Of a stretch of 64,000 nucleotides of DNA, positions 29,613-40,224 are shown one piece after another (the stretch's first letter is position 1; each line of letters opens with the position of its first letter). The notes beneath the pieces are model-generated. The model did not search any database and was not told where the DNA came from. It was given only the letters and a program-made list of their open reading frames with translations. Source of the DNA: an uncultured virus (IMG/VR IMGVR_UViG_3300044638_007755) (taxonomy: Duplodnaviria; Heunggongvirae; Uroviricota; Caudoviricetes); the IMG/VR virus record IMGVR_UViG_3300044638_007755, one strand, 5' to 3'. The translations under genes and the position numbers were made by a program.

Positions 29613-30724
29613 TTGATATGGCTTTCAATTAATGGTTTAATATCTTTTATTACTTTTTCCAAAGGCATTTCTGCAACATCTGGATAGTCGGTGAGTTGAA
29701 TATGTTTAACATTATACGTTCTTTGACATTTTTGTAGAATCTGATCTGCTGCTTTTTTACCAGCTTCGTCGTTATCCATTAAGGTTACAATAGTCATAGC
29801 GCCAGAAATATCAAGAAGCATTTTTTGTTTATCTCCCAACGAAGAACCAAATATAGCAACAGAGTTGTGTATTCCTGCTTCTTCAAGTCTCCATACATTA
29901 CCAGGGCTTTCCACCAAAACTACTCCACCGAGTGCTTTAATGTGTTCTTTAGCATACCAGAAATTATACAAAGATTCATTAGCAGAAAATCCTTTGCTGT
30001 GTCTCCATTTTGGGTTTTCATTATTAATTGTTCGCCCAGTACATCCTATCATATGCTTATGGTCTTGATCATAGATCGGAACCACAGCTCTGTTGTACAT
30101 CTCTCTGCCGCTAGTTGTACATTCTCCAACATCGTATTTTGTTAGAATCTTCTTGCTAAAGTTCCTAGTTTGAAAATAAGACGATGGGATTTGTAAAGAC
30201 TTCACCACTGTTGAACGAGCTATTTGATTGGTAGCTTTGGTATTATTCTTGGTGATATAGTTAACGGTATTAACAAATGTATGTTTTTCTTGATCTTTTT
30301 TAGGTGTAGATATTGCACGAACGTTGTGATTACTAAATTGTACAGCATACTCTACGGCTTCATTAAAAGATATCATATCATCGCCTGGTTTTGTCCAGTT
30401 TTTTTTGATTCTGGATAAACATCCACGTATAAAACCAATAATAGAAGATTTAAAAACACCCTCACATTGATGTGTTCTACATTTCCAGTTTCCTCTATAA
30501 GAATCTCCTTGGTAATAAAGATTAAAAGCAGAAGCATTATCCCCACTGTGAATGGGGCATGGCATAATAACCATTTTATCAAGAATCTTATAGTCTTCAA
30601 TACCCAAAGTAATTAACAAATTTTCTATGTCATCACAAACAGCATCAGACAATTCTTTTAACTGATACTGATTATACGAAGGGAATGTCTTCTTTATTAT
30701 TTTCGTCATCAACGATAAATCCAT
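29606..30724 (-). CDS. dnaG: DNA primase (Zn finger plus TOPRIM)
   Basis: CPIHSGDN...CRTHQC Zn finger, VVLVES and MDNDEAG TOPRIM motifs. The start could instead be ATG 30709. Confidence 0.9.
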   Translation of the reverse strand: MDLSLMTKIIKKTFPSYNQYQLKELSDAVCDDIENLLITLGIEDYKILDKMVIMPCPIHSGDNASAFNLYYQGDSYRGNWKCRTHQCEGVFKSSIIGFIRGCLSRIKKNWTKPGDDMISFNEAVEYAVQFSNHNVRAISTPKKDQEKHTFVNTVNYITKNNTKATNQIARSTVVKSLQIPSSYFQTRNFSKKILTKYDVGECTTSGREMYNRAVVPIYDQDHKHMIGCTGRTINNENPKWRHSKGFSANESLYNFWYAKEHIKALGGVVLVESPGNVWRLEEAGIHNSVAIFGSSLGDKQKMLLDISGAMTIVTLMDNDEAGKKAADQILQKCQRTYNVKHIQLTDYPDVAEMPLEKVIKDIKPLIESHIKC

Positions 30725-32132
30725 CTTGGTGTTGTTTATTATTACTCAATAGTTCTAGTCTAGTCTTACCCTCTGTAATTTTAGCGCACCAGCCCTTCAT
30801 ATTACAGTTGATATAGTCATTGTCATCCAAACCTCCTCCGTGACGAGCGATCAAAGTAATAAGTTTTCTATTACCTCCCTCAACCCCGTCTTCTGCTATT
30901 TCTTCATCAGACTTTCGTTTGAAGATGCTGAAATTGCTACACAACCATATAATACGATCAGAACCACTAGCAGAATCTGTACTTTCTTTAGTAATACCAT
31001 CTCGATTCAATTGAATAAAAGCCATGATTGGAACTTGATACTTTACAGCAAAGTTATGAAGTGCTGTCATCATAAAGCCTAGTAGCTGATACTCTTTGAG
31101 ATCTTTATCCATTCCTGCCGTATCCATAAGCTTAAGATAGTCATAAAAGATAACACAATCTTTAGCTGTACCGTCGTCATTTAATCCTACTTCTTTAACT
31201 ATCCATCTTCTCATAATGGATAGCTGTTCTTCAAAAGGTTTTCCTGCTATTACCTTATGATGTATAGGCATATTTTTTAGTTCTGTCACAGCTTCTAGTA
31301 TTTTTGCTTTATGTACTGGAGACTCTGTGAATTTTCCAGTTTCAATTTTAGCTATTTCTATTTCTGATGACATAGCTAGTAGTCTATGTATATGGTCTTT
31401 TTTGCTCATTTCGGTATCCATGTTTAAAACAGGTATACCTAGTTTAGCTATATTTCTACCCATATTGTCAGACAATAGTGTTTTACCAGTTTTTGGTCTA
31501 GCTCCAATAACATTAACAGTACCCTTTCTCAATCCTCCTCCGATAGCTTGATCATAAACCGGAAAGCCAGTAGGAATACCAACCTGATCAATAGTATTGG
31601 TTTGTAGATATTCTATGTATTCTTCTAAGCCTTCTCCCATTAAGGACGGAGCATTATCGTTATCATTATTAATAGAAGAAGCAAAATTAAAAACACTATC
31701 TTCAGCAATACCTATGATAGAGGAAATACTTTCGCTACCATTAACGTCTAAGATTTTATCTTGAGCGGTTTTGAGTTGCTTATGTAGAAGTCTAGCAATT
31801 TCAAGTTTTCTGATTTTTGCAGCAAATTTGCGAATGTTTTCTAGATTAACAGGAAAATCACTAATAGCCTTTAAATGTAAAGCTTCTTCTTTCTTTGTGA
31901 GAATATGTCCAATTTCTAGTTCTTGTGCAGTAGAGTAGATTAGTGCCAAGTCTATGTTGGGTTTTTGGTGCTTTTCACATATTGTTTTTAAACACCGAAA
32001 AATAAGCTGATTACTATCTACTGTAAATGTAGACTCTTGTATAAGATCACTAACGTCTAAAAAAGCATCTTCACCATATTGAAGAATGCCACTTAATACG
32101 GCTCTTTCTGCCGAAGGATCGCATAAAATCAT
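30672..32132 (-). CDS. dnaB: Replicative DNA helicase
   Basis: AERAVL N-terminus, Walker A GARPKTGKT, DTEM, FYDYLKLM, QLNR and ARHG. Confidence 0.95.
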   Translation of the reverse strand: MILCDPSAERAVLSGILQYGEDAFLDVSDLIQESTFTVDSNQLIFRCLKTICEKHQKPNIDLALIYSTAQELEIGHILTKKEEALHLKAISDFPVNLENIRKFAAKIRKLEIARLLHKQLKTAQDKILDVNGSESISSIIGIAEDSVFNFASSINNDNDNAPSLMGEGLEEYIEYLQTNTIDQVGIPTGFPVYDQAIGGGLRKGTVNVIGARPKTGKTLLSDNMGRNIAKLGIPVLNMDTEMSKKDHIHRLLAMSSEIEIAKIETGKFTESPVHKAKILEAVTELKNMPIHHKVIAGKPFEEQLSIMRRWIVKEVGLNDDGTAKDCVIFYDYLKLMDTAGMDKDLKEYQLLGFMMTALHNFAVKYQVPIMAFIQLNRDGITKESTDSASGSDRIIWLCSNFSIFKRKSDEEIAEDGVEGGNRKLITLIARHGGGLDDNDYINCNMKGWCAKITEGKTRLELLSNNKQHQDGFIVDDENNKEDIPFV

Positions 32133-32150
32133 ATTTAATAAACCTTAAAA

Positions 32151-32579
32151 TTAACCTGATTGTGTAGCGCAAGTATTACATTTATAACGAGAGATTGAAT
32201 CAAAAATTAACGAGGGACTGACACTCTCTTTTTTTCCACATATTCTACAAACCACATTCACCGGCTCGGCTTCGTCTCTTGTTCTAGCAACCGGTGGAAT
32301 TTTAGACAAAACTTTATCTATTGCAGAATCCTCTTTATGCATACCAAATTCAGACATACTTTCAAACTTATTAAGACCATCACCACTGTTAGACTTACGG
32401 CGCTTTTGTCCTCCGCGTGTCTTGATTGTGGATGTTGATCTAGTTGAGTTTTTACTCTTAATTTTACTTGTTGCTACAACAGACTCTGTATTTTCTTGCT
32501 CTTTTGGTAAAAGAGCTTGCAGAACCTCTATGAGACTTTTAATTTGATCTGGATTTTTTATTAGGTCATTAAGATCCAT
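32151..32579 (-). CDS. Hypothetical protein with C-terminal zinc ribbon
   Basis: CRICG...CNTC, preceded by a low-complexity basic middle region. Confidence 0.7.
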   Translation of the reverse strand: MDLNDLIKNPDQIKSLIEVLQALLPKEQENTESVVATSKIKSKNSTRSTSTIKTRGGQKRRKSNSGDGLNKFESMSEFGMHKEDSAIDKVLSKIPPVARTRDEAEPVNVVCRICGKKESVSPSLIFDSISRYKCNTCATQSG

Positions 32580-33054
32580 GTTTCACCTTTGTTTTCTGTA
32601 CTGCTAATATAATATCGGATAAGTTTTTAATATTGTTCGCTAAATAGGATAATCTGTCCATTCTTTGTTTTGCATATTTTTTTATACGATTTAATCCACT
32701 AGCCTTATCGTTATGCTTAATAGCCTGAAGAGATTTTTCTATATACCCATATCCCTTATAGTTATTAATTTCGTCAGCGATAGATTCCTTAATTGATTCT
32801 TCGGCCCAGTTATGTCTAGCTATTTCTCTATTAATAGTTCTTTGTAAGAACAAAGCATATTGGGCTAATCTCAAGGAGATCTGTGCACAATCTTCTGGGG
32901 TTAATTTTTCTATCACATCCCGTGACATAGAGAAGTAGGAATTTAATTCTTCTTCTGTAAAATTATGAATATCAGAATATGTTCCTAGACCAATAGATTT
33001 TTCATATTCGTCTAATATACGATCCCATTCTTCAACTTGTTCTTTAGTATTCAT
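32569..33054 (-). CDS. Helical protein, possibly a UvsY-like recombination mediator
   Basis: Size, long amphipathic-helix pattern and position just downstream of recA. Function is inferred only. Confidence 0.45.
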   Translation of the reverse strand: MNTKEQVEEWDRILDEYEKSIGLGTYSDIHNFTEEELNSYFSMSRDVIEKLTPEDCAQISLRLAQYALFLQRTINREIARHNWAEESIKESIADEINNYKGYGYIEKSLQAIKHNDKASGLNRIKKYAKQRMDRLSYLANNIKNLSDIILAVQKTKVKHGS

Positions 33055-33458
33055 TTCCCTGTAATCCTATTTAGCCATTCTGAATCAGACTCATTAAAGG
33101 GTAGTTCTATATATTTAATACCGTTTAATTCACACCATTCCAGTTTTTCTTTATCTCTCTTTTTGTGCTTCATGAAGCCTAGAGCATTATTATGATAATG
33201 ACCAACGAATTTATAGTGTTGTTCTCCATGAACTTCCACACAAGTTCTATTAAGAGGCATATAAAAATCTAAGTACAAAGTCTCAGACTTACGCAATATA
33301 ATTGGAATTTCTTCCAGCAATTGTAGTGTTGGAAACTGAGTAGATAACAAGGCTCTGGCTCTTATATGCAAAGAGGACTTATTAGTAGTCTTTCCATGAG
33401 CCATATTTCCTGTCAAGTTCCAAGTGTGAGCAATGCCATCCAAGTCCTTTACTAGCAT
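33051..33458 (-). CDS. Small PD-(D/E)XK / Vsr-like endonuclease
   Basis: LEE...LYLDFYMP...VEVHGEQHY...RDKEKLEWC. Confidence 0.8.
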   Translation of the reverse strand: MLVKDLDGIAHTWNLTGNMAHGKTTNKSSLHIRARALLSTQFPTLQLLEEIPIILRKSETLYLDFYMPLNRTCVEVHGEQHYKFVGHYHNNALGFMKHKKRDKEKLEWCELNGIKYIELPFNESDSEWLNRITGK

Positions 33459-34477
33459 TTGATTCCCATGGTACTCTTGATTGATGCGTTGAGTTTACTA
33501 TATGTTTCCGGATTGTCAAGCAAAAACTGCCTGATTTTTTCGGTGCCTTGCATCTTTGGTTTTTTCTCTGTTCCTTCATCAACAAAGTCTAAAGTATACC
33601 AAGCTCCGGCCTTATTGATTAGACCAATATCACAAGCCAACATGATCGATTCAGTATATTGATCAATACCTTGACCATACCTAATATAACTAGTGATAGA
33701 AGCTCCCGGAGGACCGAGAGCGGAACATAGAACTTGCCATTCTACTTCTTGGCCTATTTGAGTAGCATCTGTTCCGATAATCCATGGCTTAAAAGTCTTA
33801 GCCTTTATCTTAACATCCGTCTGATAAGCAATAGCCTGCCCAGACTTCTCCTTAAATTCTGCCCCATATCCCGTTGGATTACCCATAAGATGAGTGATAC
33901 CAATTACAATATTTTTATTAACAGGTATTACATTTGCTACCTTACGACAAAACTTTGCTAATAATTTAGCGCCGTCTGCGCGTTGCATTTTATCCATATC
34001 ACTAGTAATTTCTGCTTCTGTACATAGTGCAGAATATGAGTCGATAATTAATATAGAACCAGGAATTTCATTAATGATTCTTTCTCCAATTTGCAGATAT
34101 TCTTCTGCATGAAGAATTTTACCTTGTTGAGATCCTATAACATCAATCCTATTAAGATCTAATCCTGGAATACCTTCAAGATCTCTCTTTTTTAATCTAC
34201 CCTCAATATTTAGGTAATACACATGACGATCTTTCGCTAAGTCTCCCTTGTACTCGGGCCTTTGTGCAGTAGCGGCGAAAGAAAGAGAGGTCGTGGTTTT
34301 TCCACATTTGGGTTGTCCTGTGAATACCACAAAACTTCCTTCTGGGATACCTCCATTTAAAACCATATCCAACGATGGGCTTACGGGTATGATAATAGAC
34401 TTTCTATCTACTATAGCATTACCTGATAAGATAATTTCATTTCCAAAATTTTTAGCAACATCTTCTTTAAGACTCAT
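33452..34477 (-). CDS. recA: RecA/UvsX-like recombinase
   Basis: SLDMVLNGGIPEG, Walker A GQPKCGKTT, YLNIEG, Walker B IIDSYSAL and GLINKAGAWY. Confidence 0.92.
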   Translation of the reverse strand: MSLKEDVAKNFGNEIILSGNAIVDRKSIIIPVSPSLDMVLNGGIPEGSFVVFTGQPKCGKTTTSLSFAATAQRPEYKGDLAKDRHVYYLNIEGRLKKRDLEGIPGLDLNRIDVIGSQQGKILHAEEYLQIGERIINEIPGSILIIDSYSALCTEAEITSDMDKMQRADGAKLLAKFCRKVANVIPVNKNIVIGITHLMGNPTGYGAEFKEKSGQAIAYQTDVKIKAKTFKPWIIGTDATQIGQEVEWQVLCSALGPPGASITSYIRYGQGIDQYTESIMLACDIGLINKAGAWYTLDFVDEGTEKKPKMQGTEKIRQFLLDNPETYSKLNASIKSTMGIKC

Positions 34478-34889
34478 CGTCTAGTTCCTTTAGTTTTGAT
34501 AGTAGACTAGTTTTGGGTTGTTCTTTTCTGTAAGTTTTAACTTCTTTACGTTCTATATCTTTGGTAAATTCTGTATTTTCAGAGTCTACTATGGACTGGT
34601 ATTGGTCTATAATAGCCACAAGGTGAGGTGCTCGCAAAGAATAGATTTTTTGTGCTTTGTTGTCTTGTAAAGCTTTGATAATCGCTTTAGGACTGTATTT
34701 CTTTAATAGTTGATTAGCAGTCCCTATTTGATTTCTATAGTATTTGGACCACTCTGGGTTCAACCAAAATCTATGATGTAAATCTAATTTATCTTGCTTT
34801 GCTTTATTTTCACATATTAATTCAGTAATATACTGAGCAGCCGAAACCTTCTTACCATTAGAATACCTAGATGGATAAATATTACTCAT
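34467..34889 (-). CDS. Hypothetical protein
   Basis: 140-aa ORF coupled to its neighbours by overlap. No motif recognised. Confidence 0.7.
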   Translation of the reverse strand: MSNIYPSRYSNGKKVSAAQYITELICENKAKQDKLDLHHRFWLNPEWSKYYRNQIGTANQLLKKYSPKAIIKALQDNKAQKIYSLRAPHLVAIIDQYQSIVDSENTEFTKDIERKEVKTYRKEQPKTSLLSKLKELDDES

Positions 34890-35212
34890 TATTGTTTTGG
34901 TCGGAAAATTCCTGTTTGATGTTTTGGTGTTGCTTTTTGATTTTTCTTGATATGGTCACTGAGCATAGATGCTTCACCAGTCATAATAGCAACGTTGTTT
35001 GTTTTCTTAACACTTGTTTGTGTTATCATAAGATTTTTAGGTGTAATTTTGGGTGGTTCTTCTGGACTAGTCTGAACTGGTTGAGGCAGGTCTGTGTGGG
35101 CCTCTACCTGCTTTTTAGAAACAGACAGTTCGTTAGCTATAGATTCTATATCATGTCCCTGACTACTTAACCATTTGATTGCATAAATTGTTGTTTTATT
35201 AATACGAGACAT
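34889..35212 (-). CDS. Hypothetical protein with N-terminal HTH-like motif
   Basis: GHDIESIANELSVSKKQV. TAATG coupling on both sides. Confidence 0.6.
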   Translation of the reverse strand: MSRINKTTIYAIKWLSSQGHDIESIANELSVSKKQVEAHTDLPQPVQTSPEEPPKITPKNLMITQTSVKKTNNVAIMTGEASMLSDHIKKNQKATPKHQTGIFRPKQ

Positions 35213-35595
35213 TATGTTAGTTCCCTTTCGGCATTATATAGCCATGAAGAATTTTTTGTTCTAAGAAAATTCAGATATAATTCAAACGCTTTTAGATTTA
35301 CATCGATAAATCTATCATTAGCTCTACATACAGTATCCAAAAACGAAGAGTCTTTATCTTTTCCATAAATAGACAGAGGATTTAATAATTTATTGTTAAT
35401 TCCTATCTTAATAGAATATTTAGGCTGAGCGTCTAATTTAGTAATTTTTTTAGCCACTATATGCTTATTATTTGGATTGTTCGTTCTTGGTAGCCCGCTC
35501 ATGTCTACAAAGTCTTCTTGATCTGGAGCAGTATAGTATTCTGTTTCGATTGTCTCTTGTTTGTTTGGTTTTTGTTGAAATATAAAACTATCCAT
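35212..35595 (-). CDS. Hypothetical protein, paralog of 36299-36706
   Basis: Shares QEDF.D...PR...AK...Y.IKI..N....NP...TVC...F..V...F..Y..FL...ER with the paralog. Confidence 0.75.
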   Translation of the reverse strand: MDSFIFQQKPNKQETIETEYYTAPDQEDFVDMSGLPRTNNPNNKHIVAKKITKLDAQPKYSIKIGINNKLLNPLSIYGKDKDSSFLDTVCRANDRFIDVNLKAFELYLNFLRTKNSSWLYNAERELT

Positions 35596-35947
35596 TATTA
35601 TCCTCGTATGCTGCTTGGGTAGATGCTAATATACATTTTTCAAGATGTGTGAAAAAAGTTTTCATGAACAGTTCATATTCTTTATCAATAGGAACTGGTA
35701 TATGAAATTTCTTTGTACAAATTTCTTTTGTTCCAACAAGCTCTCCTTTTGTGTTTTCTTCAAATACAGAAGCAGTAATATCAAATACTATTTCATGAGG
35801 AGAATTAGTAAGTTTAGTAGTACTATTATAGTCTATCAGTTCTTGAAATGCTGTGTAGGATTCTTTTGCTACTGTATGTTCAATAGCGTCTGTTAGATCT
35901 TTTAGCTGTTCAAGTGTTTCCGGTTGTAACTTTATTTTTTCTACCAT
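35588..35947 (-). CDS. Hypothetical protein
   Basis: 119-aa ORF in the operon. No motif recognised. Confidence 0.65.
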   Translation of the reverse strand: MVEKIKLQPETLEQLKDLTDAIEHTVAKESYTAFQELIDYNSTTKLTNSPHEIVFDITASVFEENTKGELVGTKEICTKKFHIPVPIDKEYELFMKTFFTHLEKCILASTQAAYEDNNG

Positions 35948-35948
35948 A

Positions 35949-36296
35949 TTATGTCCATTTAATTTTCTTTTTGGGCTTTTTTATTCTGTTCATACCCTTG
36001 GGAAGTTGTTTTTCTAATTCCGTATCTTTATATTCGTTATGCTTTTCTTGTAAATATTGCTTATGATCATTGCTCATTTTGTCTCTATTACGATTAGCTA
36101 AGTCTCCAATCGTTTTTAGTTCACTGTCTGATTTTTTTACAGAGCTAGATATTGTAGACATATCGTCTTCATAAGATCTGTTTGTTTTTTTAGACTTACA
36201 AGACGTACATAGGGGGTGTTCATCGTATTTGTTCATCGTAAAAAATAATTCAAATTTTACTTCACATTGTTCGCACTTATATGTGTATGTTGGCAT
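35949..36296 (-). CDS. FmdB-family zinc-ribbon protein
   Basis: MPTYTYKCEQC...FE...CTSCKS. Confidence 0.85.
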   Translation of the reverse strand: MPTYTYKCEQCEVKFELFFTMNKYDEHPLCTSCKSKKTNRSYEDDMSTISSSVKKSDSELKTIGDLANRNRDKMSNDHKQYLQEKHNEYKDTELEKQLPKGMNRIKKPKKKIKWT

Positions 36297-36298
36297 AA

Positions 36299-36706
36299 TT
36301 ATTTGATTTGTCTTTCAAGATCCTTAAGACTTTGAGCATTTTGGTGTTTCAGGAATGCTACATATTTATCGAATATTGATTTGTCTACTTCTTTAAAAAT
36401 CCAGTCATTTTTACATACAGTATTAATATGAGAAAATTTTTTCTTGTCTTTAATAGAAGAATGTAGATTAATTGGATTATATATTTCTAGATTTGGATTT
36501 ATTTTAATGTAATATCTATATTGATTAGATGAGTCTTTAAAGTGTTTAGGTTTTTTATTTTGCACAGCTTTAGCCGTTACTCTATTGTCTTGTTCTTCTT
36601 TGACTCTGGGATTATTTTCATTATCGATAAAATCTTCTTGACCAGAAAGACAATAAAACATACTTTGAGTATCTGGATTTTGTGTTCTAAATATATGTTC
36701 AGCCAT
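36299..36706 (-). CDS. Hypothetical protein, paralog of 35212-35595
   Basis: Same conserved pattern as the paralog. AGGA RBS upstream. Confidence 0.75.
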   Translation of the reverse strand: MAEHIFRTQNPDTQSMFYCLSGQEDFIDNENNPRVKEEQDNRVTAKAVQNKKPKHFKDSSNQYRYYIKINPNLEIYNPINLHSSIKDKKKFSHINTVCKNDWIFKEVDKSIFDKYVAFLKHQNAQSLKDLERQIK

Positions 36707-36716
36707 TTATCCTATC

Positions 36717-37301
36717 CTATTTAAAATTAATGAACGGTTTCCAAGTCTCTAGTTCTTGTGTCTGGTATATCTTAAGAGCTTCGTTGTGCCAAGGCAAGTA
36801 TTTATCCGAATATTTTGGTTCACATGGCATTGTTGCTAATGTCATACCAGCTTCTTCCGGGGTTCTATTGCCCTTTTTAAAGTTACACGTAATACAAGAT
36901 GTTACAATATTGGTCCAATTAGTACATTTTTTTTGTAAAGAGGTTTTATAACGAGACTTAGGAATAACATGATCATATGTTAACTGATTAGGATGAAAAT
37001 GATTTTTACAATATTGGCAAGTATGATCATCTCTTAAAAATAAATTACGTCTAGAAAAATGAATTCGCTTATTGTAATGATTAAAAAATCTTATAGTTCT
37101 GGCAACAGAAGGAATTTTGTATTTTCTTCCTCCTGTGCCAATAACGTATTGTTCTTTATGAAAATCTAAAATTTCAATCCCATATTTTTTCTGATCATTA
37201 TATGACCTCAAAGACCATATAATAGCTTTTTGCCAATCAACTATAGTCATAGGAGTATAATCAGAGTTTAATAATAAGCATTTATGTTTTGTCTGACTCA
37301 T
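36717..37301 (-). CDS. HNH endonuclease (McrA-like)
   Basis: LLLNSDY, RDDHTCQYC, LTYDHVIP and NIVTSCITCNFKK. Confidence 0.92.
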   Translation of the reverse strand: MSQTKHKCLLLNSDYTPMTIVDWQKAIIWSLRSYNDQKKYGIEILDFHKEQYVIGTGGRKYKIPSVARTIRFFNHYNKRIHFSRRNLFLRDDHTCQYCKNHFHPNQLTYDHVIPKSRYKTSLQKKCTNWTNIVTSCITCNFKKGNRTPEEAGMTLATMPCEPKYSDKYLPWHNEALKIYQTQELETWKPFINFK

Positions 37302-38007
37302 AACTATCTAATCTTTGAAGAATCTTGGATATAATAGGATTTCTAACTATATCTGAAAAGTCTAAACGACTTATTGATATACCCTCTATGCCTTCAAGAC
37401 TGGTCATCATTTCAAAAAATCCCCCACGCATATGTCTTAGTAGGTCTGACTGGCTAATATCTCCTGTCAAGACCATTTTACTATTATTTCCTATTCTTGT
37501 CAATAACATTTTAAGCTGATCATAAGAAGCATTCTGACACTCATCGGCAACAATAAAACAATCGTGAAAATTCCTACCTCTCATGAGTCCCAATGGAACA
37601 ATTTCGATTTTATTGTTTGTCTTTAAACCAGCATATTGACCACCAGAGATAAAGTGGTGCACTTCATCTAGTAGTGGTAATAAATATGGATGTAATTTTT
37701 CTTCTGCTGTTCCTGGTAGATATCCTATTTTTTCACCAGATTCTACCACGGGTCTGGTGATAATTATTTTCTTAACTTTCTCTTCTAACAAATATTCTAA
37801 TGCCATTCCAACAGCTATATGCGTCTTACCACTTCCGGCAGCACCTTGGCAAAATGAAATAGTGTTTTCTGCTATATTTCTAATATACTGTTTTTGATTT
37901 TCACTGCGAGGTCTTAGTCTGTTTCTATAAAGCTGAGGTACAACCAAATCATGAGTAGCGTCTATAAGCTTTGCTTTTTTCTTTACGTTTTTATTATTTT
38001 TTCTCAA
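37282..38007 (-). CDS. phoH: PhoH-family ATPase
   Basis: GAAGSGKT, ITRPVVE, GYLPG, MRGRNF, DECQN, TGDISQSD and DIVRNP. TTG start. Confidence 0.95.
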   Translation of the reverse strand: MRKNNKNVKKKAKLIDATHDLVVPQLYRNRLRPRSENQKQYIRNIAENTISFCQGAAGSGKTHIAVGMALEYLLEEKVKKIIITRPVVESGEKIGYLPGTAEEKLHPYLLPLLDEVHHFISGGQYAGLKTNNKIEIVPLGLMRGRNFHDCFIVADECQNASYDQLKMLLTRIGNNSKMVLTGDISQSDLLRHMRGGFFEMMTSLEGIEGISISRLDFSDIVRNPIISKILQRLDSYESDKT

Positions 38008-38030
38008 GTGTTACCCTTTACGAATAGTAG

Positions 38031-40223
38031 TTAAATTAGACAGGCGCCGCCAGCGCAACTAATTTCCTCTATTCCTACGGTATTGTCTTCAGTCTCAGCC
38101 AGTTGCGTATAATCAACCTTCTTAAAGCTTTCGAAAAGATCGCAATAGATTTTCCAATTATAAACATCTTTCATACAGTATGTTAACCGTCTAACATCTG
38201 CATTAAAATATTTACCAGCAAAGTTTTTCATTTTTGTGGCAAATAATAGTTTATCTTCTGAATCACCGTCTTTGTATTGGTTCATGGATATATAATCACA
38301 TGCTGCCCATAAGTTATTATTAAAGCTATTTAGTCCTAATTCAATCAATCCAGAGCACCATAGTGCTGCGTCTCCATATTCTTTAACAATTTCACGACTA
38401 GTATAAACTGTTGTAAATGGAGCTTGTGGATAGTCTTTATCTCCACTTTGAGGAATAAGACTAATACCAGCAAAATACTTACGATTATCATAAATATATT
38501 TGGTAACGTCATCCCATTCATCAGGCTTAACAGTTACTGTGTTGCTAACGTTATGACTTAAATATTCCTGTGTGCATAATGCTCTATTTTTACCAGAATG
38601 AACCCAATTCTTCTGGGTATCCTTTACAATAGACAACATTTCTACTGCTGGTAACTGATTCTTAAGCTTGGCACCATCTGGAACTTCAATTGGAAACTTA
38701 ACAACTTCATCAGTATTGTTTGCTGACCACGAAGATTTCTCACAAGCCTGTGGGTTTAGTTTCTTAAAGTGTTGGTATGGGGCTTCTAAAACATTGGCCT
38801 GTACATGGCGTATGTATCGTTTAGCGTGATGAGGATGTATACCTGACGATGTTCCTAGCATACTTGAAGACGTTCCTTCTGGCTTTAAACAGGTGACTCT
38901 TGCTGCTTGGTTAATATTGATTTTCTGAGCAATTTTCTTATTTGTCTCAACAGCAATTTTTGCTCCCTTTGTCAATACCTTTTCAGATAATACTAGGTCA
39001 TGTTTTTCCATGGTTCCGGTAAGAGAAACTCCTAATAAAGCCTCTCTCTCAAAAATACGTTGACTAATGTCTCCTAGATATGCTAGTGTTGTAAAGCCAG
39101 CCTGTAGAGTACCTATTATTGCTGCTGCTCTACATCTTTCATAAAAATCTTCTTCGTCCATCACACTCGAACAATTAATTGTTGACAGATTACATCCCTG
39201 CCATCCGCTCTTTTGTGTTTCTTCATCAACAGGCCACATACCAATCTCTACACATGGATTGAAGATCATTTCTGTTGATTCGCTCCAAATAAATCCAGGC
39301 TCACCAAATTCCTTCACAGATTGCATAAGGGTATTAAATTCATTAAAAGTTGTTTCTTGCTTTAGTAGCAATGCCGAGTTATTACTTCGTGCTCTCTGTG
39401 GATTATCAAGATACCAATTGCCTGTTTTAGCCTTGGCCATTTCTTCATCATCATGACTAAACAATGCTAAAGAAGCACTTCTACGAACACCACCAGACAG
39501 CACAGCATCACTACTATGCATAACAATATCATAAGCATCGATTGGACGTAATTTCTTTTGACCACCAGCCACACAACGATCTAATAAAGCTCTGATTTTT
39601 TCTAGACCATTTGCTAGTGGTTCGTATCCAGGAGCTTTGCCTACTCCAGAAGCTAATGAAGAACCCTTTGGGCGAATATTAGAATAATCAAATGCTATAT
39701 GACAATTTTTGTATTGTTTAAATTCTTCTACTGGCTTACTGAAATATGAACTTAGTAAAACCCCGAGCGCATCTGACCAACCCTCTATAGAATCGTCTAT
39801 AACATATTTTGTACAAATACCTTCTTCCACATTGTGTTCGAGAGACGGTAGTTTTGCAACATGATGCTTTTGTACGCTAAATCCTGTTCCACTACCGCAT
39901 AGCAATAGCCAAAAACACTCTTGGAAAAATCTTAATCTATCACAATAAGAGCTAGTACAATTATATATTTTGGCATGTCTCTTTAGTATTGGATCTCCTC
40001 CAAATTGAAGTGCTCTTTGACTCCCAAGAACCTTCTTCTTATACATCGCATCATATGCCCAATTAATTTCGTCGGCAATATCTTTATCAGCATACTTTGT
40101 ATGCATCATATTTTTAACACGTTCAACTGCTTCTTTCCATGTTTCACGACGATTTTGATTTTCTAACCAACGAGCATATTTGCTAACAAATGTATAATTC
40201 TGCAATTCTTGAAGAGCCGACAT
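38031..40223 (-). CDS. nrdJ: Class II (adenosylcobalamin-dependent) ribonucleotide reductase, monomeric RTPR-like
   Basis: IYNC, GGVRRSA, NPCVE (thiyl Cys), CNLS, KPEGT and C-terminal CAGGAC. No NrdB beta subunit nearby. AGGAG RBS. Confidence 0.92.
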   Translation of the reverse strand: MSALQELQNYTFVSKYARWLENQNRRETWKEAVERVKNMMHTKYADKDIADEINWAYDAMYKKKVLGSQRALQFGGDPILKRHAKIYNCTSSYCDRLRFFQECFWLLLCGSGTGFSVQKHHVAKLPSLEHNVEEGICTKYVIDDSIEGWSDALGVLLSSYFSKPVEEFKQYKNCHIAFDYSNIRPKGSSLASGVGKAPGYEPLANGLEKIRALLDRCVAGGQKKLRPIDAYDIVMHSSDAVLSGGVRRSASLALFSHDDEEMAKAKTGNWYLDNPQRARSNNSALLLKQETTFNEFNTLMQSVKEFGEPGFIWSESTEMIFNPCVEIGMWPVDEETQKSGWQGCNLSTINCSSVMDEEDFYERCRAAAIIGTLQAGFTTLAYLGDISQRIFEREALLGVSLTGTMEKHDLVLSEKVLTKGAKIAVETNKKIAQKININQAARVTCLKPEGTSSSMLGTSSGIHPHHAKRYIRHVQANVLEAPYQHFKKLNPQACEKSSWSANNTDEVVKFPIEVPDGAKLKNQLPAVEMLSIVKDTQKNWVHSGKNRALCTQEYLSHNVSNTVTVKPDEWDDVTKYIYDNRKYFAGISLIPQSGDKDYPQAPFTTVYTSREIVKEYGDAALWCSGLIELGLNSFNNNLWAACDYISMNQYKDGDSEDKLLFATKMKNFAGKYFNADVRRLTYCMKDVYNWKIYCDLFESFKKVDYTQLAETEDNTVGIEEISCAGGACLI

Positions 40224-40224
40224 A

